Assembly: GCA_964636085.1 (NCBI GenBank)
Contig: CAZWPQ010000034.1
Span: 1,991 to 21,990 of the forward strand
Length of the DNA: 20,000 bases
Direction of reading: 5' to 3'
From: an uncultured Nitrososphaerota archaeon
Lineage (GTDB): Archaea; Asgardarchaeota; Njordarchaeia; Njordarchaeales; Panguiarchaeaceae
Shown: positions 1 through 8,787 of the stretch, one piece after another
How positions within the stretch are numbered: the first letter of the stretch is position 1
How the letters are laid out: the number at the start of each line of letters is the position of its first letter
Program-made: the position numbers and the translations under genes
Notes under the pieces: model-generated
The model's input: the letters and a program-made list of their open reading frames with translations, nothing else
Databases searched by the model: none
What the model was told of the DNA's origin: nothing

Positions 1-2086
1 TATTATGCTCTTTTGCCAAATCCCTAACTATAGTCTCGTGCTCATAGATGTAATCGATGAGAGCATCAAATTTAGATAGCAATTTCCTTATGATAGTCCA
101 GTTCTCCGGAGATGATACGACGGCGAATAATATTTGCATTACTTTTCTTGAATCCCAAGACTCTTTAGAATTTCTCCAAGACTTCAGGGTATCAAGTATT
201 GTCTTAGCTGAGGTAGGCTTAAGGTAAAGTCTTACCAAAACTCTTCCGATCTCCGTTGCTTGATAATAAATCCTTCGCCCCTTTCTGACCCTTAGGATAA
301 GGCCATTATCCACCAGAAATCTCAATCCGTCCCTTATGTTAGACTCCAGCACGTTAAGTCCATGGATATCCCCCATGCGTCTAGAGTAATTATAAAAGAA
401 TGTATCCTCGAAAAAGTTATAGATTCTTCTCTTATCGATCATGCTTTCCATCACTACTAATGCTAGTATTTGAGAATATACTATTGGCGGTATATGGCCA
501 GAAATCGGTTTAATAGCCTCTGGTTGCCCCAGCACATACTTCTCAATGAATTTATTCATTTCTTTCCTATTTTTGGCGATCAAAATTGCCTCTCCTACTT
601 TATCGTAGTTAGGTCTTCCTGCCCTACCTCCTCGTTGCTTATAATCTGCTGTGGAAAGATCGACAACACCGCCATATTCTGGTTCATAATACTTGTGCTC
701 AATAATAACTCTCCTCGCGGGCAAATTAACTCCTGCGGCTAGGGTAGGTGTAGCGACGAGTACAGCTAAGTGCCCAGCCCTAAATGCTTCCTCGATTATC
801 TGCCTTTCCAATCTTGATAATCCTGCATGGTGAAAGCCTACCCCGTAGGATGTTGTATCAATTAATTCCATTGTGAGTAGCGTTGGTTCTTGTATCTCGT
901 TTTTGAGTCGATCCGCAACGTTCTTACATCCTTGGTAAAGGATATAATACTGGCGGGTTTTCATGAATTCTGCTATTTTTTTCGCTGTTTTTTGAGCTAG
1001 GCTTCTAGACCTACGAAATACCAATAGTTGCCATTTTTGCCCATATTTTTGCATCTCATGTATCATATCCTCTAAAATGTCGAGTATTGCTACCATGAAT
1101 GATGTACTTCTTATGTTTCCATGGGCAGTTCTCACACGCTTAACATAAAATCCGCCAGACCCAATCATACTAGCATATTTTTTTTCTAGGTATTGACATA
1201 AACGTGTTCTTTTGAAGCGTCGAGCGACTAGGCGTCCAATCCCCTCGCTTACAGATATGATCTTATAGTTCTCCCCTAAGAGGTTATCCAGCGGTATTTT
1301 ATTAGTTTTCTCTCTTTTGGCCAGGAATTCATCTAATGTTTTTTCCTTTTTTATGGGTTCTATAAGATCATTGTTAGTTACAAAATATTGCTCCGCTTCA
1401 TTAGGCCGGGGATCATAGATTATCATTTTGGATTCGGGGGGAATATAGATACATTCTAAAAGCTTCACTGGTCTAAAATCACTCACCACGAGCTCTGCAT
1501 TTAGCCACTCGCTGATGTCTTCAGGATTAAGTATTGTTGCTGAGAGTCCAATTATCTGAATACCATGATCCTTCATATAGGTGAGCACTATATCGAGTAA
1601 TGGGCCTCTTTTTGGATCTCCTAACAAGTGGATCTCATCAACAATAGCTAGCTTTACTGATTCTAACCAGCTAGGTTTTTCCCTGAATATGTGATCAGTT
1701 TTTTCATAGGTTAATACGATCAAATCGTGCATTCCAAGAGCTCTCAGCGGGACATCCCTATAATCCCCTGTAGCCACCCCTACATTGATTGGATATCTTA
1801 ATCTGAATGTAGACGCTATTTCTTCAGCAAGGGCTTTGTACGGGGTCAGATAAAATACTTTCCATCCGTCTTTAAGAATCATGTTAACTGCAAGAACCTC
1901 CCCAATTAGTGTTTTTCCACTCCCTGTGGGCGCAACAACGATTAATGACTTGCCTTTCAATCCCTTGCGAATAGCCTCATATTGAAATTTTCGCAGATTT
2001 TTAATGTTTATTCCATATAGTGCATTGATAATATTTTTGTCTACTCCTAACCTGACAAGTATTTCTGTAGGTATATCACTCAACAT
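1..2086 (-). CDS. Ski2/Hel308-type superfamily II DNA/RNA helicase, C-terminus runs off the window
   Basis: Minus-strand reading from ATG at 2086 gives MLSDIPTEILVRLGVDKNII..., Walker A APTGSGKT, motif II VDEIHLLGD, motif III SATILNPEDISEWLNAELVVSDFRPVKL, GVGFHHAGLSRLERQ, and YKQRGGRAGRP. These are the Hel308/Ski2 motifs. The ORF is not in the supplied track, probably because it has no stop inside the window. Confidence 0.8.
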   Translation of the reverse strand, partial: MLSDIPTEILVRLGVDKNIINALYGINIKNLRKFQYEAIRKGLKGKSLIVVAPTGSGKTLIGEVLAVNMILKDGWKVFYLTPYKALAEEIASTFRLRYPINVGVATGDYRDVPLRALGMHDLIVLTYEKTDHIFREKPSWLESVKLAIVDEIHLLGDPKRGPLLDIVLTYMKDHGIQIIGLSATILNPEDISEWLNAELVVSDFRPVKLLECIYIPPESKMIIYDPRPNEAEQYFVTNNDLIEPIKKEKTLDEFLAKREKTNKIPLDNLLGENYKIISVSEGIGRLVARRFKRTRLCQYLEKKYASMIGSGGFYVKRVRTAHGNIRSTSFMVAILDILEDMIHEMQKYGQKWQLLVFRRSRSLAQKTAKKIAEFMKTRQYYILYQGCKNVADRLKNEIQEPTLLTMELIDTTSYGVGFHHAGLSRLERQIIEEAFRAGHLAVLVATPTLAAGVNLPARRVIIEHKYYEPEYGGVVDLSTADYKQRGGRAGRPNYDKVGEAILIAKNRKEMNKFIEKYVLGQPEAIKPISGHIPPIVYSQILALVVMESMIDKRRIYNFFEDTFFYNYSRRMGDIHGLNVLESNIRDGLRFLVDNGLILRVRKGRRIYYQATEIGRVLVRLYLKPTSAKTILDTLKSWRNSKESWDSRKVMQILFAVVSSPENWTIIRKLLSKFDALIDYIYEHETIVRDLAKEHN

Positions 2087-2264
2087 GATTACCAGGGGAA
2101 TTGTGTATTATCAGGACATTATACTAGTATAAGACTCTACCACTATAATAGTTGACTATACTTATTGATTAATTAAATTGTAATCAACGTTCACGACAAT
2201 ATAAAATAATTTAAGCACACTAACCCATATAACCTAATTGATGATGAAGCTGGGTTGATATATT

Positions 2265-5200
2265 GTGTTTTTGAAGGAAGTGGAGCTCGTAGACTTTATG
2301 TGCCACAGGAAATTTATAATGAAGCCGAGCAGACTAACGTTAATATATGGCCGGAATGGTAGCGGGAAGTCAGCAATATTAGAGGCAATACATTTAGCAT
2401 TTGGGGGCTTAGGTAGGGAGAGACAGGAGTTGCTGAGGGATTTTATAAGGTATGGTAAAACGAGGTCGCTAATTAGACTAAAACTCAATAATTCTGTAGC
2501 CCTTCCTGGAATAGGTGTTATTTATCTAGACCCTAAATTGAGGCAGAATTCAGAGGTAATCATCGAACGAATCATTAAGCCAGAGCTAACTATATATAAA
2601 ATCAATGGGCAAAAAGCGACTAAGGAGGAAGTGGTTACTTTACTTTCAAAGGTTAATATTTCTCCAAAGAATCCATTCTTCTTTGTTCCGCAAGAGAAGA
2701 TAACGAAATTATTAGAAATGAAGCCAGAAGAAAGATTAGACGCCATTATGGCGGGGTTAGGTCTATTAGAACTCAAACGAGCACTGTCAAAATTAAAAGA
2801 TGAGATAAGGGGATATGAAAAAAGGAAGAGCGAGATTAAGAGAGAAATCGAAGAGCTTCAAAAAAATCTAGAAGAGCAAAAAAAAGTATTAGCCTCGGTA
2901 GAATCAGCAATTCAAACACTCAAGAATTACTACGTTTACAAGTTGGCTCTGTTGTATAAGAAAAGACTTAGATATCTTGAGGAAGAAGAAGAGCTCCTCA
3001 AGAAAATAGATGAATTGGAGAAGCGGATTAAGGATCATGAAAATTTCATCAATACTCTTCCCGACAAGTTAGCTAATATTAGTAAAGAAATAGGACAAAT
3101 GCAGGAGGAAAAGGCGAAAATTATTGCTGAAGACCCAGAATTAGATAGAAAAATACGGGAATTAGAAGAGCGTGAGAAAGAATTATCATTAAAGATAAAG
3201 AATCTGGATAGTAAGCGTGCAAATATTCTAGAGAAAATGGAGACGATCCTTAAAAAATGGAGGGTCTCCACACTAGAGGACATGGAATCTCTTCTAAAGA
3301 GCAATGAGGAGAGGTTAGTTAAGTTGGAGGAATTGATAGAGAAAGCTGACGAAACAAGACAAATCAGGGAGCTTGAAAAGACGTTAAACATCAAAAAAAA
3401 GGAACTTAAAGAATTGGAGCGGATCCGAGTAGAGTATATAAAAAAGTTCGAAGAAATCATGAATCTGCTCGACCCAAGTGGGAATGTGCTCAAAGTTTAC
3501 AACTTTGTGGTTAAAGAGGGGCTTACGGATGAAGTACAGGGTCCGCTGATATTGGAGATAGCGTTTAATATTGATAACACTAAACTAAAACAATATGCAT
3601 ATGCTATCGAAAGGGCGTTGGATAGAAAAATATTAAAATCGTTCGTGGCGCTGAGCTGGAGAGCTTTACGGAAGCTAATGGTGATTATAAAGAGGCTAGG
3701 TAGGGATCCCCCTACTGTATTTTTCTTTGGACATGGACGAGGTATGTGGAGTGGGGAGCATCAATTTGCGCATTTTCTATATGCGGTACCTGAAGAAATC
3801 TTTGATAAATTTGAGGAGAGGAGGATAAAAATCATGGAAAAACTATCTAGCTTATCTTCATATGAAAGATCGGCCTTTATATGTTTATTGCCACAACTTA
3901 TAGATGCCCCCCAAGCTACAAAAGCGATAATAGAATATTTTGCAGGGAGTACAGCTCTTGTGAGTAATTTGGATGCTGGAATCAGTCTTATGAGGAATAT
4001 AGAGTTGGATCGAATTGTTACTATCGATGGTGAAGTAGTTCAGCGATACCCGGTGGGAGAAGGAGCAATTTATTCTATGTTGCCTAAAATAGAGAATCCA
4101 ACTGAAAATCCTGAAGAATCATTGATTTATAGGGCGCGAGAATTTAAGATGCAGGAATTTAGGAGAAAGAAGAGAGATCTTGATGATGCGATAAGCAACC
4201 TTAGAGATGAAATTAGAAACCTAGAAAGGCAAATAAGTATTCTCGAAAATAATCTCCCAACGAAAATAAGAAATCTATGGCTAGAGCGTTCTAAATTAAA
4301 AGATGCGATATCGGAACTACGCCATGATATCCTGTACTTAGTAACTGCATACAAAGAAAGAAATCGTTTGCCTGAGCAGATTAGGAAGTTGGAATCTCAA
4401 CTGGATAAAATTGAGAAGCAGATCGTCGACTTGTGTAAGAAAAAAGATCTTTATGCCAAAAGACTAGTTGAGATAGACAGTAAAATAGGACAATTTGAGA
4501 AATATAAAGAAACACTAATTAGTCAGAAAGGAAAAATAATGGCCGAACTTGAAAAAATGAGGGAAGATGTTACGATTCTTAAAAGCAAAGTTGAGACTAT
4601 TAGGAGATTTAAAAATAGTATTGAAGGCGAAATAGATAGTCTTAAAAGAGAAATACGGGCATTGACGTTAGTAGTATGGTCGACATTGAGTAGTAACAGA
4701 GAACATAATGTCAATGACGTGTTGGAAAAAGAGATAGTCGAGCCTGCAGCACTAATTATAAAGGAAATGAGTGAAAGTGAGTTAGAGGAAATAATCAAAA
4801 ACTTCGATGAGAAGGGTATTGCGGATCTCCGCTTTGATATAATTTCGAGAGAAGAAAAAATACGAGCAATTGAACAAATTAGGAGTAAATTAGAGAAACA
4901 TAAGGCCGAACTTAATACTATCGAAAGAAGTATAGAATCTGCTAGGAGATTAGCAGAGAAGACATTAAATAGGCTGTTAGCTAGGTTAAGGGAGAAAATA
5001 CGTGAGTTATCGGAGAATTACAAATACGTCCTATCAAAAATAGGCGCAAAGGGCGACGTACAGCTAGTTGGTGATAAAATCGATCAAATGTGTCTTAAAA
5101 TAACCATAGATCTTCATAGGAACAAGCCTGTCGATATAAGCGAGGGAGCTTTCTCGTCAGGCGAAAAAACATTGGCTATTTTTGCCTTTATTATTGCCTT

Positions 5201-5489
5201 ATTTTTAACGTCGCCAACCCCTATATTGATACTAGACGAATTTGATGTATATTTGGACGATTTAATGGTAGCATTGGCGGCAAAAATATTAAAGGAAGTG
5301 CTTTTAGATCTAAAATATGTTCAGTGCATATTGACAACAACGCATAGGGTAGAGCTTATGCGCGTCGCCGACGTCATAATTAACCTTGTGTACGATGAAT
5401 CCGCCAAAAGTACAACTAGTTATGTTGTCCCGAAGAGGAGAATCGAAAAAATTGTTTCACGAGGATCTATCGCATCCATACAACCCTAA
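2265..5489 (+). CDS. SMC-family ATPase with SMC5/6-like N- and C-terminal motifs
   Basis: 1074 aa, GTG start. N-terminus ELVDFMCHRKF...LTLIYGRNGSGKSAILEAIHLAFGG (Walker A), long heptad/charged coiled coils, a central hinge-like segment, and C-terminus FSSGEKTLAIFAF...ILILDEFDVYLDD (signature and Walker B). Confidence 0.9.
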   Translation: MFLKEVELVDFMCHRKFIMKPSRLTLIYGRNGSGKSAILEAIHLAFGGLGRERQELLRDFIRYGKTRSLIRLKLNNSVALPGIGVIYLDPKLRQNSEVIIERIIKPELTIYKINGQKATKEEVVTLLSKVNISPKNPFFFVPQEKITKLLEMKPEERLDAIMAGLGLLELKRALSKLKDEIRGYEKRKSEIKREIEELQKNLEEQKKVLASVESAIQTLKNYYVYKLALLYKKRLRYLEEEEELLKKIDELEKRIKDHENFINTLPDKLANISKEIGQMQEEKAKIIAEDPELDRKIRELEEREKELSLKIKNLDSKRANILEKMETILKKWRVSTLEDMESLLKSNEERLVKLEELIEKADETRQIRELEKTLNIKKKELKELERIRVEYIKKFEEIMNLLDPSGNVLKVYNFVVKEGLTDEVQGPLILEIAFNIDNTKLKQYAYAIERALDRKILKSFVALSWRALRKLMVIIKRLGRDPPTVFFFGHGRGMWSGEHQFAHFLYAVPEEIFDKFEERRIKIMEKLSSLSSYERSAFICLLPQLIDAPQATKAIIEYFAGSTALVSNLDAGISLMRNIELDRIVTIDGEVVQRYPVGEGAIYSMLPKIENPTENPEESLIYRAREFKMQEFRRKKRDLDDAISNLRDEIRNLERQISILENNLPTKIRNLWLERSKLKDAISELRHDILYLVTAYKERNRLPEQIRKLESQLDKIEKQIVDLCKKKDLYAKRLVEIDSKIGQFEKYKETLISQKGKIMAELEKMREDVTILKSKVETIRRFKNSIEGEIDSLKREIRALTLVVWSTLSSNREHNVNDVLEKEIVEPAALIIKEMSESELEEIIKNFDEKGIADLRFDIISREEKIRAIEQIRSKLEKHKAELNTIERSIESARRLAEKTLNRLLARLREKIRELSENYKYVLSKIGAKGDVQLVGDKIDQMCLKITIDLHRNKPVDISEGAFSSGEKTLAIFAFIIALFLTSPTPILILDEFDVYLDDLMVALAAKILKEVLLDLKYVQCILTTTHRVELMRVADVIINLVYDESAKSTTSYVVPKRRIEKIVSRGSIASIQP

Positions 5490-5494
5490 TTGAG

Positions 5495-6166
5495 GTGGTT
5501 GTCGTGTATGAAAAAGGTGAATACTATAAGACTATGCGGGGAATTGCCGAATTGATACGCCTTTTGAATTCATATATCTCAAGAAAGAGGGGTCATATTA
5601 ATACAAGAGAAATATCAAACACATTGGAATCTCTGGTCAGAAAAGATGAGACACCTGACGTATTGATAAATAATGTCGACATGGGGATAAAATTTTTCAA
5701 TACGCTCTGTAAATATTTTCCCGTGCGACTATCCGTCATACAGAAATTTATTTCTAGTCTAGAGAATATAACATACTTTCCATCGGTAATAGCGAAAATT
5801 GTTCTGAATCTCTCATTATCTGGCAAAATTAGAATGTATGGTGAGGTTAAAGTCCGGGGCATTACACTAGGGATCATAAAGAAAGGTATTAGAAGGCTTA
5901 GGGAAGTATGTGTTTCTTGCTCTAAACTAGAGCCCAGTTTTTATCCGCGACAAAGCATTGGAAAATTTGTTAGACTGTGTAACTTAGTTAATGATATAAA
6001 GACAGCGGTTGTGGAAAGGGATATAAAATCCTTAATTTATGGTGCCTCTCATCAGGAGCCTTTTCAAGTAGATCCATACATATTGGTTCATTCTCGAAAA
6101 GAAATTGTTTTAAAAATTCTGGCCGTACTGAAATATATGGGCGAAAAGGAGCTGGCGGGGGAATAA
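5495..6166 (+). CDS. Uncharacterised protein between SMC and Kite-like genes; candidate kleisin/SMC-complex subunit
   Basis: 223 aa, starts 5 nt after the SMC stop, GTG start. Position matches that of ScpA in smc-scpA-scpB operons. Sequence support for a kleisin is weak. Confidence 0.4.
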   Translation: MVVVYEKGEYYKTMRGIAELIRLLNSYISRKRGHINTREISNTLESLVRKDETPDVLINNVDMGIKFFNTLCKYFPVRLSVIQKFISSLENITYFPSVIAKIVLNLSLSGKIRMYGEVKVRGITLGIIKKGIRRLREVCVSCSKLEPSFYPRQSIGKFVRLCNLVNDIKTAVVERDIKSLIYGASHQEPFQVDPYILVHSRKEIVLKILAVLKYMGEKELAGE

Positions 6167-6169
6167 AAG

Positions 6170-6730
6170 TTGGATAGTTCTAGATATGATAAGAATGATG
6201 TCATAAGGAGAATAGCCGCATTACTACTATTGGAGACACAAAGACACCATTATGTGTCAAGATCTAAAGTAGAATCCATTGCGAGGAAGTACAATATTTC
6301 TTTTGAGTCGATTAAAGAGGAACTTGTCAAGAGATTTCACAGTGTAGGTATTGTGTTGAGGGAGGTGGAGGTAGAGAGAAGGAACAAGCGAAAGCGCATG
6401 CTTATATGTGTACTAGACCCAGAATTAGACCTAGATGCTAGTTTTATTGATCCAATAATGGCCGCAGTTTTGGCGATTATTTATGTTAGGACCAAGAGGG
6501 GGGAGATATTGATAGATGAGCTATATGATGAGATATCAAAATTGTTCGGTTCTGAAGAAATAAAGGCTAAAATATCGGAAATCCTAAGGGTGTTAGAAAA
6601 AAAGAAGTTGATCAGTATAGACACTAAGGAGAGAATTATTAGATTGAAACCATTGGCAATAGCTATGATGCCTCCTAAAGATAAAATCGATAAGCTCCTA
6701 TTGGATGTGTTAACGAGGCGTGAGGGGTAG
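6170..6730 (+). CDS. Tandem winged-helix protein, Kite superfamily (ScpB / Nse3-MAGE-like)
   Basis: 186 aa. First WH-like part IRRIAALLLLETQRHHYVSRSKVESIARKY...ELVKRFHSVGIVLREVEVERRNKRKRMLICVL, second part DPIMAAVLAIIYVRTKRGEILIDELYDEISKLF, which resembles the MAGE/Nse3 'LL..VL.LIFM.GN.I.E...W..L..LG' pattern. Located directly after the SMC and candidate kleisin genes. Confidence 0.5.
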   Translation: MDSSRYDKNDVIRRIAALLLLETQRHHYVSRSKVESIARKYNISFESIKEELVKRFHSVGIVLREVEVERRNKRKRMLICVLDPELDLDASFIDPIMAAVLAIIYVRTKRGEILIDELYDEISKLFGSEEIKAKISEILRVLEKKKLISIDTKERIIRLKPLAIAMMPPKDKIDKLLLDVLTRREG

Positions 6731-8039
6731 AAGCTTGGAAATATCCAAAATAAGGCCGCCCAGTTGGTATCCACTACAGCAGGTCAAGGGGGAGCTAAGT
6801 TTAGGAGAATTGCTTGAGATTGCAAAAAAAAGAATTGATTTCCTAGTGAGTTGGAAGGCTGGAGAGATCCCAGATGATAGTTTAGATTATCTAAAAAATA
6901 ATGCCCTCGGAAATCTTGCGTTGTGTATCGCGTCGGCAGTTACGGATGATGCATATTTTCGTAATTGGTTGCTAGAGACCGAAGCAGATTTTTTTGCTAC
7001 GATGTTTAAAAAAGCATCTCCTTCTGCTAAGTTGGGTATATTGAATAAGGTTTTTGGCGGAATAATCGTAGGTCTGTCAGGAGTATCCGAATACCTAAAT
7101 GTGTCGAGTGATTTTATTCTAAATGAGCTTGCTACGATTCGTAGGGTGAAGAAGGAGTCATTTAATCAACTCGTTGGGACATTCGAGGGCTTCTCAGTGG
7201 CTGCAGCAAGATTTGAGAAGGCATATAAGATAATAAGAAAGGAGAGTGGGCTTCTACTAGGGGGCTGGGTTGTAGCGCCCTTAATAGAGTTCTTTAGGAT
7301 TGTAAAAGCATGTTTTCAGAGTATAATGGAGCAGAGAATAAGAGAAATTAGAAAAAGAATTATGGGGGGTAATAAAAAGGAGGTATACGAAGGATATGCC
7401 CAAGAAGTTATAGCATATTGGAGGGGTAAAAGAGCTAAGTTCGTAACGGCAAAATCTTATGTAAGCAGTGGTAGTAAGCTTTGGCAACGTCCGCATTTAT
7501 TCCCGCCTTGCTCGAGAATATTATATGATAAATTTATGGCGACAGGATATATACCACATGGTGAGAGAGTACAATTAGCATTATTTTTGAAGGGCTTAGG
7601 TATGCCGCTTGAAGAGCAATTAAAGTTTTGGTACAAAGCTGTTGACAATATGGGTATTAGTTGGGATAATTATCTGAGGAAGGGGGGGTATTATATTCGT
7701 CATATATACGGTTTGGAAGGATCTAGGAAAGACTATAGTCCTCCTAAATGTGAAACAATAATATCAAGATACTTCTGCCCCTTTAGTAAATTAGATAGTT
7801 CTAGTCTGAGAGAAGTGTTGAAAAAGATTAATCCAAAAATAACTTCTGGTGCCTTGGACAGAATAATTGATGCGTGTATTATACATGAATTTACACGAGC
7901 GTGTACAATGTTTTTGGAGTCTATTACTGGTAAAACGCTAAGAAGGGGGTTTATAAGTCATCCCCTCCAATTCGTTAGGATCTTAAGTATCTATGAAAAA
8001 AAGAAGGGTGGTGGAAATAAACGGGCGAAAGTACCCTAG
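6720..8039 (+). CDS. priL: DNA primase large subunit PriL / PRIM2-like (4Fe-4S)
   Basis: C-terminal half: LFPPCSRILYDKFMATGYIPHGERVQLALFLKGLGMPLEEQLKFWYKAV...YYIRHIYGLEGSRKDYSPPKCETIISRYFCPFSKLD...ACTMFLES...ISHPLQF. This carries the PriL cysteine arrangement. GTG start overlaps the end of the previous gene. Confidence 0.82.
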   Translation: MRGRSLEISKIRPPSWYPLQQVKGELSLGELLEIAKKRIDFLVSWKAGEIPDDSLDYLKNNALGNLALCIASAVTDDAYFRNWLLETEADFFATMFKKASPSAKLGILNKVFGGIIVGLSGVSEYLNVSSDFILNELATIRRVKKESFNQLVGTFEGFSVAAARFEKAYKIIRKESGLLLGGWVVAPLIEFFRIVKACFQSIMEQRIREIRKRIMGGNKKEVYEGYAQEVIAYWRGKRAKFVTAKSYVSSGSKLWQRPHLFPPCSRILYDKFMATGYIPHGERVQLALFLKGLGMPLEEQLKFWYKAVDNMGISWDNYLRKGGYYIRHIYGLEGSRKDYSPPKCETIISRYFCPFSKLDSSSLREVLKKINPKITSGALDRIIDACIIHEFTRACTMFLESITGKTLRRGFISHPLQFVRILSIYEKKKGGGNKRAKVP

Positions 8040-8781
8040 AATGTTTTCTAGGGTATATCTGAGCGGATTTGATCCAGATAGACTAAAACAAAAAACTGTG
8101 GCTGTATTCGGAGTCGGGGGAATAGGAGCTTTAGTCGCCGAAATGCTCGCTAGGATGGGCGTTGGAAAAATAATAATAGTTGATAAGGATATAGTTGAGG
8201 AAGAAAATTTGAATAGGTTGGGGTATTATGTGTGTGATCTAGGGAAACCGAAGGTTGAGGTTCTAAAAAGGAGACTTGATGAGTTAAATAACATCCGTGG
8301 AAAAAATTTTCCATTGAAGGTAGAGGCGTATTATGTTAATATATTCGATTTTCCTGAGATTGGGGATATCGTGAAAAATAGTGATTGCATTATAGTGGCT
8401 TTTGACGATATAGATGCTAGGCTTGAGGTAAACTCTGCGGCTCTAAAGTATAATAAAGTGTTGATAGATGGAGGGGCGTCCACAAATGGTTTAAGGGGTC
8501 GGGTAACTGTTGTAAAGCCTTATGTGTGGCCATGTCTAGGATGTCTATATTCGCCTGATGTATTGGTAAAGGAGGGTGAAGTAGACACGCTAACATGTAA
8601 TGTTAGTCTGCCAACAACCATGGCGGTAATAGCTAGCATTCAGGTGGATCAATGTTTAAGATATCTCCTCAATAAGGGTGGATTAAGCCCGTTGACCTTG
8701 ATATCTTTTGAGGATGGTATTATTATTACTAAATTTAATAGTCTGTCCAGAAGGGGCGACTGTCCATACTGCTCTAGGTGA
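7993..8781 (+). CDS. E1-like ubiquitin-like-protein activating enzyme, UBA5-like (ThiF/MoeB superfamily)
   Basis: Rossmann motif VAVFGVGGIGALVAEMLARMGVGKIIIVDKDIVEEENLNRLGY, GKPKVEVLKRRL, zinc-type CLGC...CPYC pairs, and LTCNVSLPTTMAVIASIQVDQCLRYLLNKG, which aligns with the UBA5 catalytic-Cys region [28 protein letters not shown]. Overlaps priL by 47 nt. Confidence 0.85.
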   Translation: MKKRRVVEINGRKYPRMFSRVYLSGFDPDRLKQKTVAVFGVGGIGALVAEMLARMGVGKIIIVDKDIVEEENLNRLGYYVCDLGKPKVEVLKRRLDELNNIRGKNFPLKVEAYYVNIFDFPEIGDIVKNSDCIIVAFDDIDARLEVNSAALKYNKVLIDGGASTNGLRGRVTVVKPYVWPCLGCLYSPDVLVKEGEVDTLTCNVSLPTTMAVIASIQVDQCLRYLLNKGGLSPLTLISFEDGIIITKFNSLSRRGDCPYCSR

Positions 8782-8787
8782 ACAAAT

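Noticed and set aside
470-742. ORF 470-742 (+)
   Set aside because: Antisense to the helicase gene, which has well-defined motifs on the minus strand.
2230-2264. ATGATGA upstream of the SMC gene as a possible box C of an sRNA
   Set aside because: No CTGA or second C'/D' pair at suitable spacing.
2234-4798. Minus-strand ORFs 2234-2488, 2522-2776, 3035-3493, 4127-4354, 4523-4798
   Set aside because: Antisense shadows of the SMC coding sequence; Ser/Leu/Ile-rich low-information proteins.
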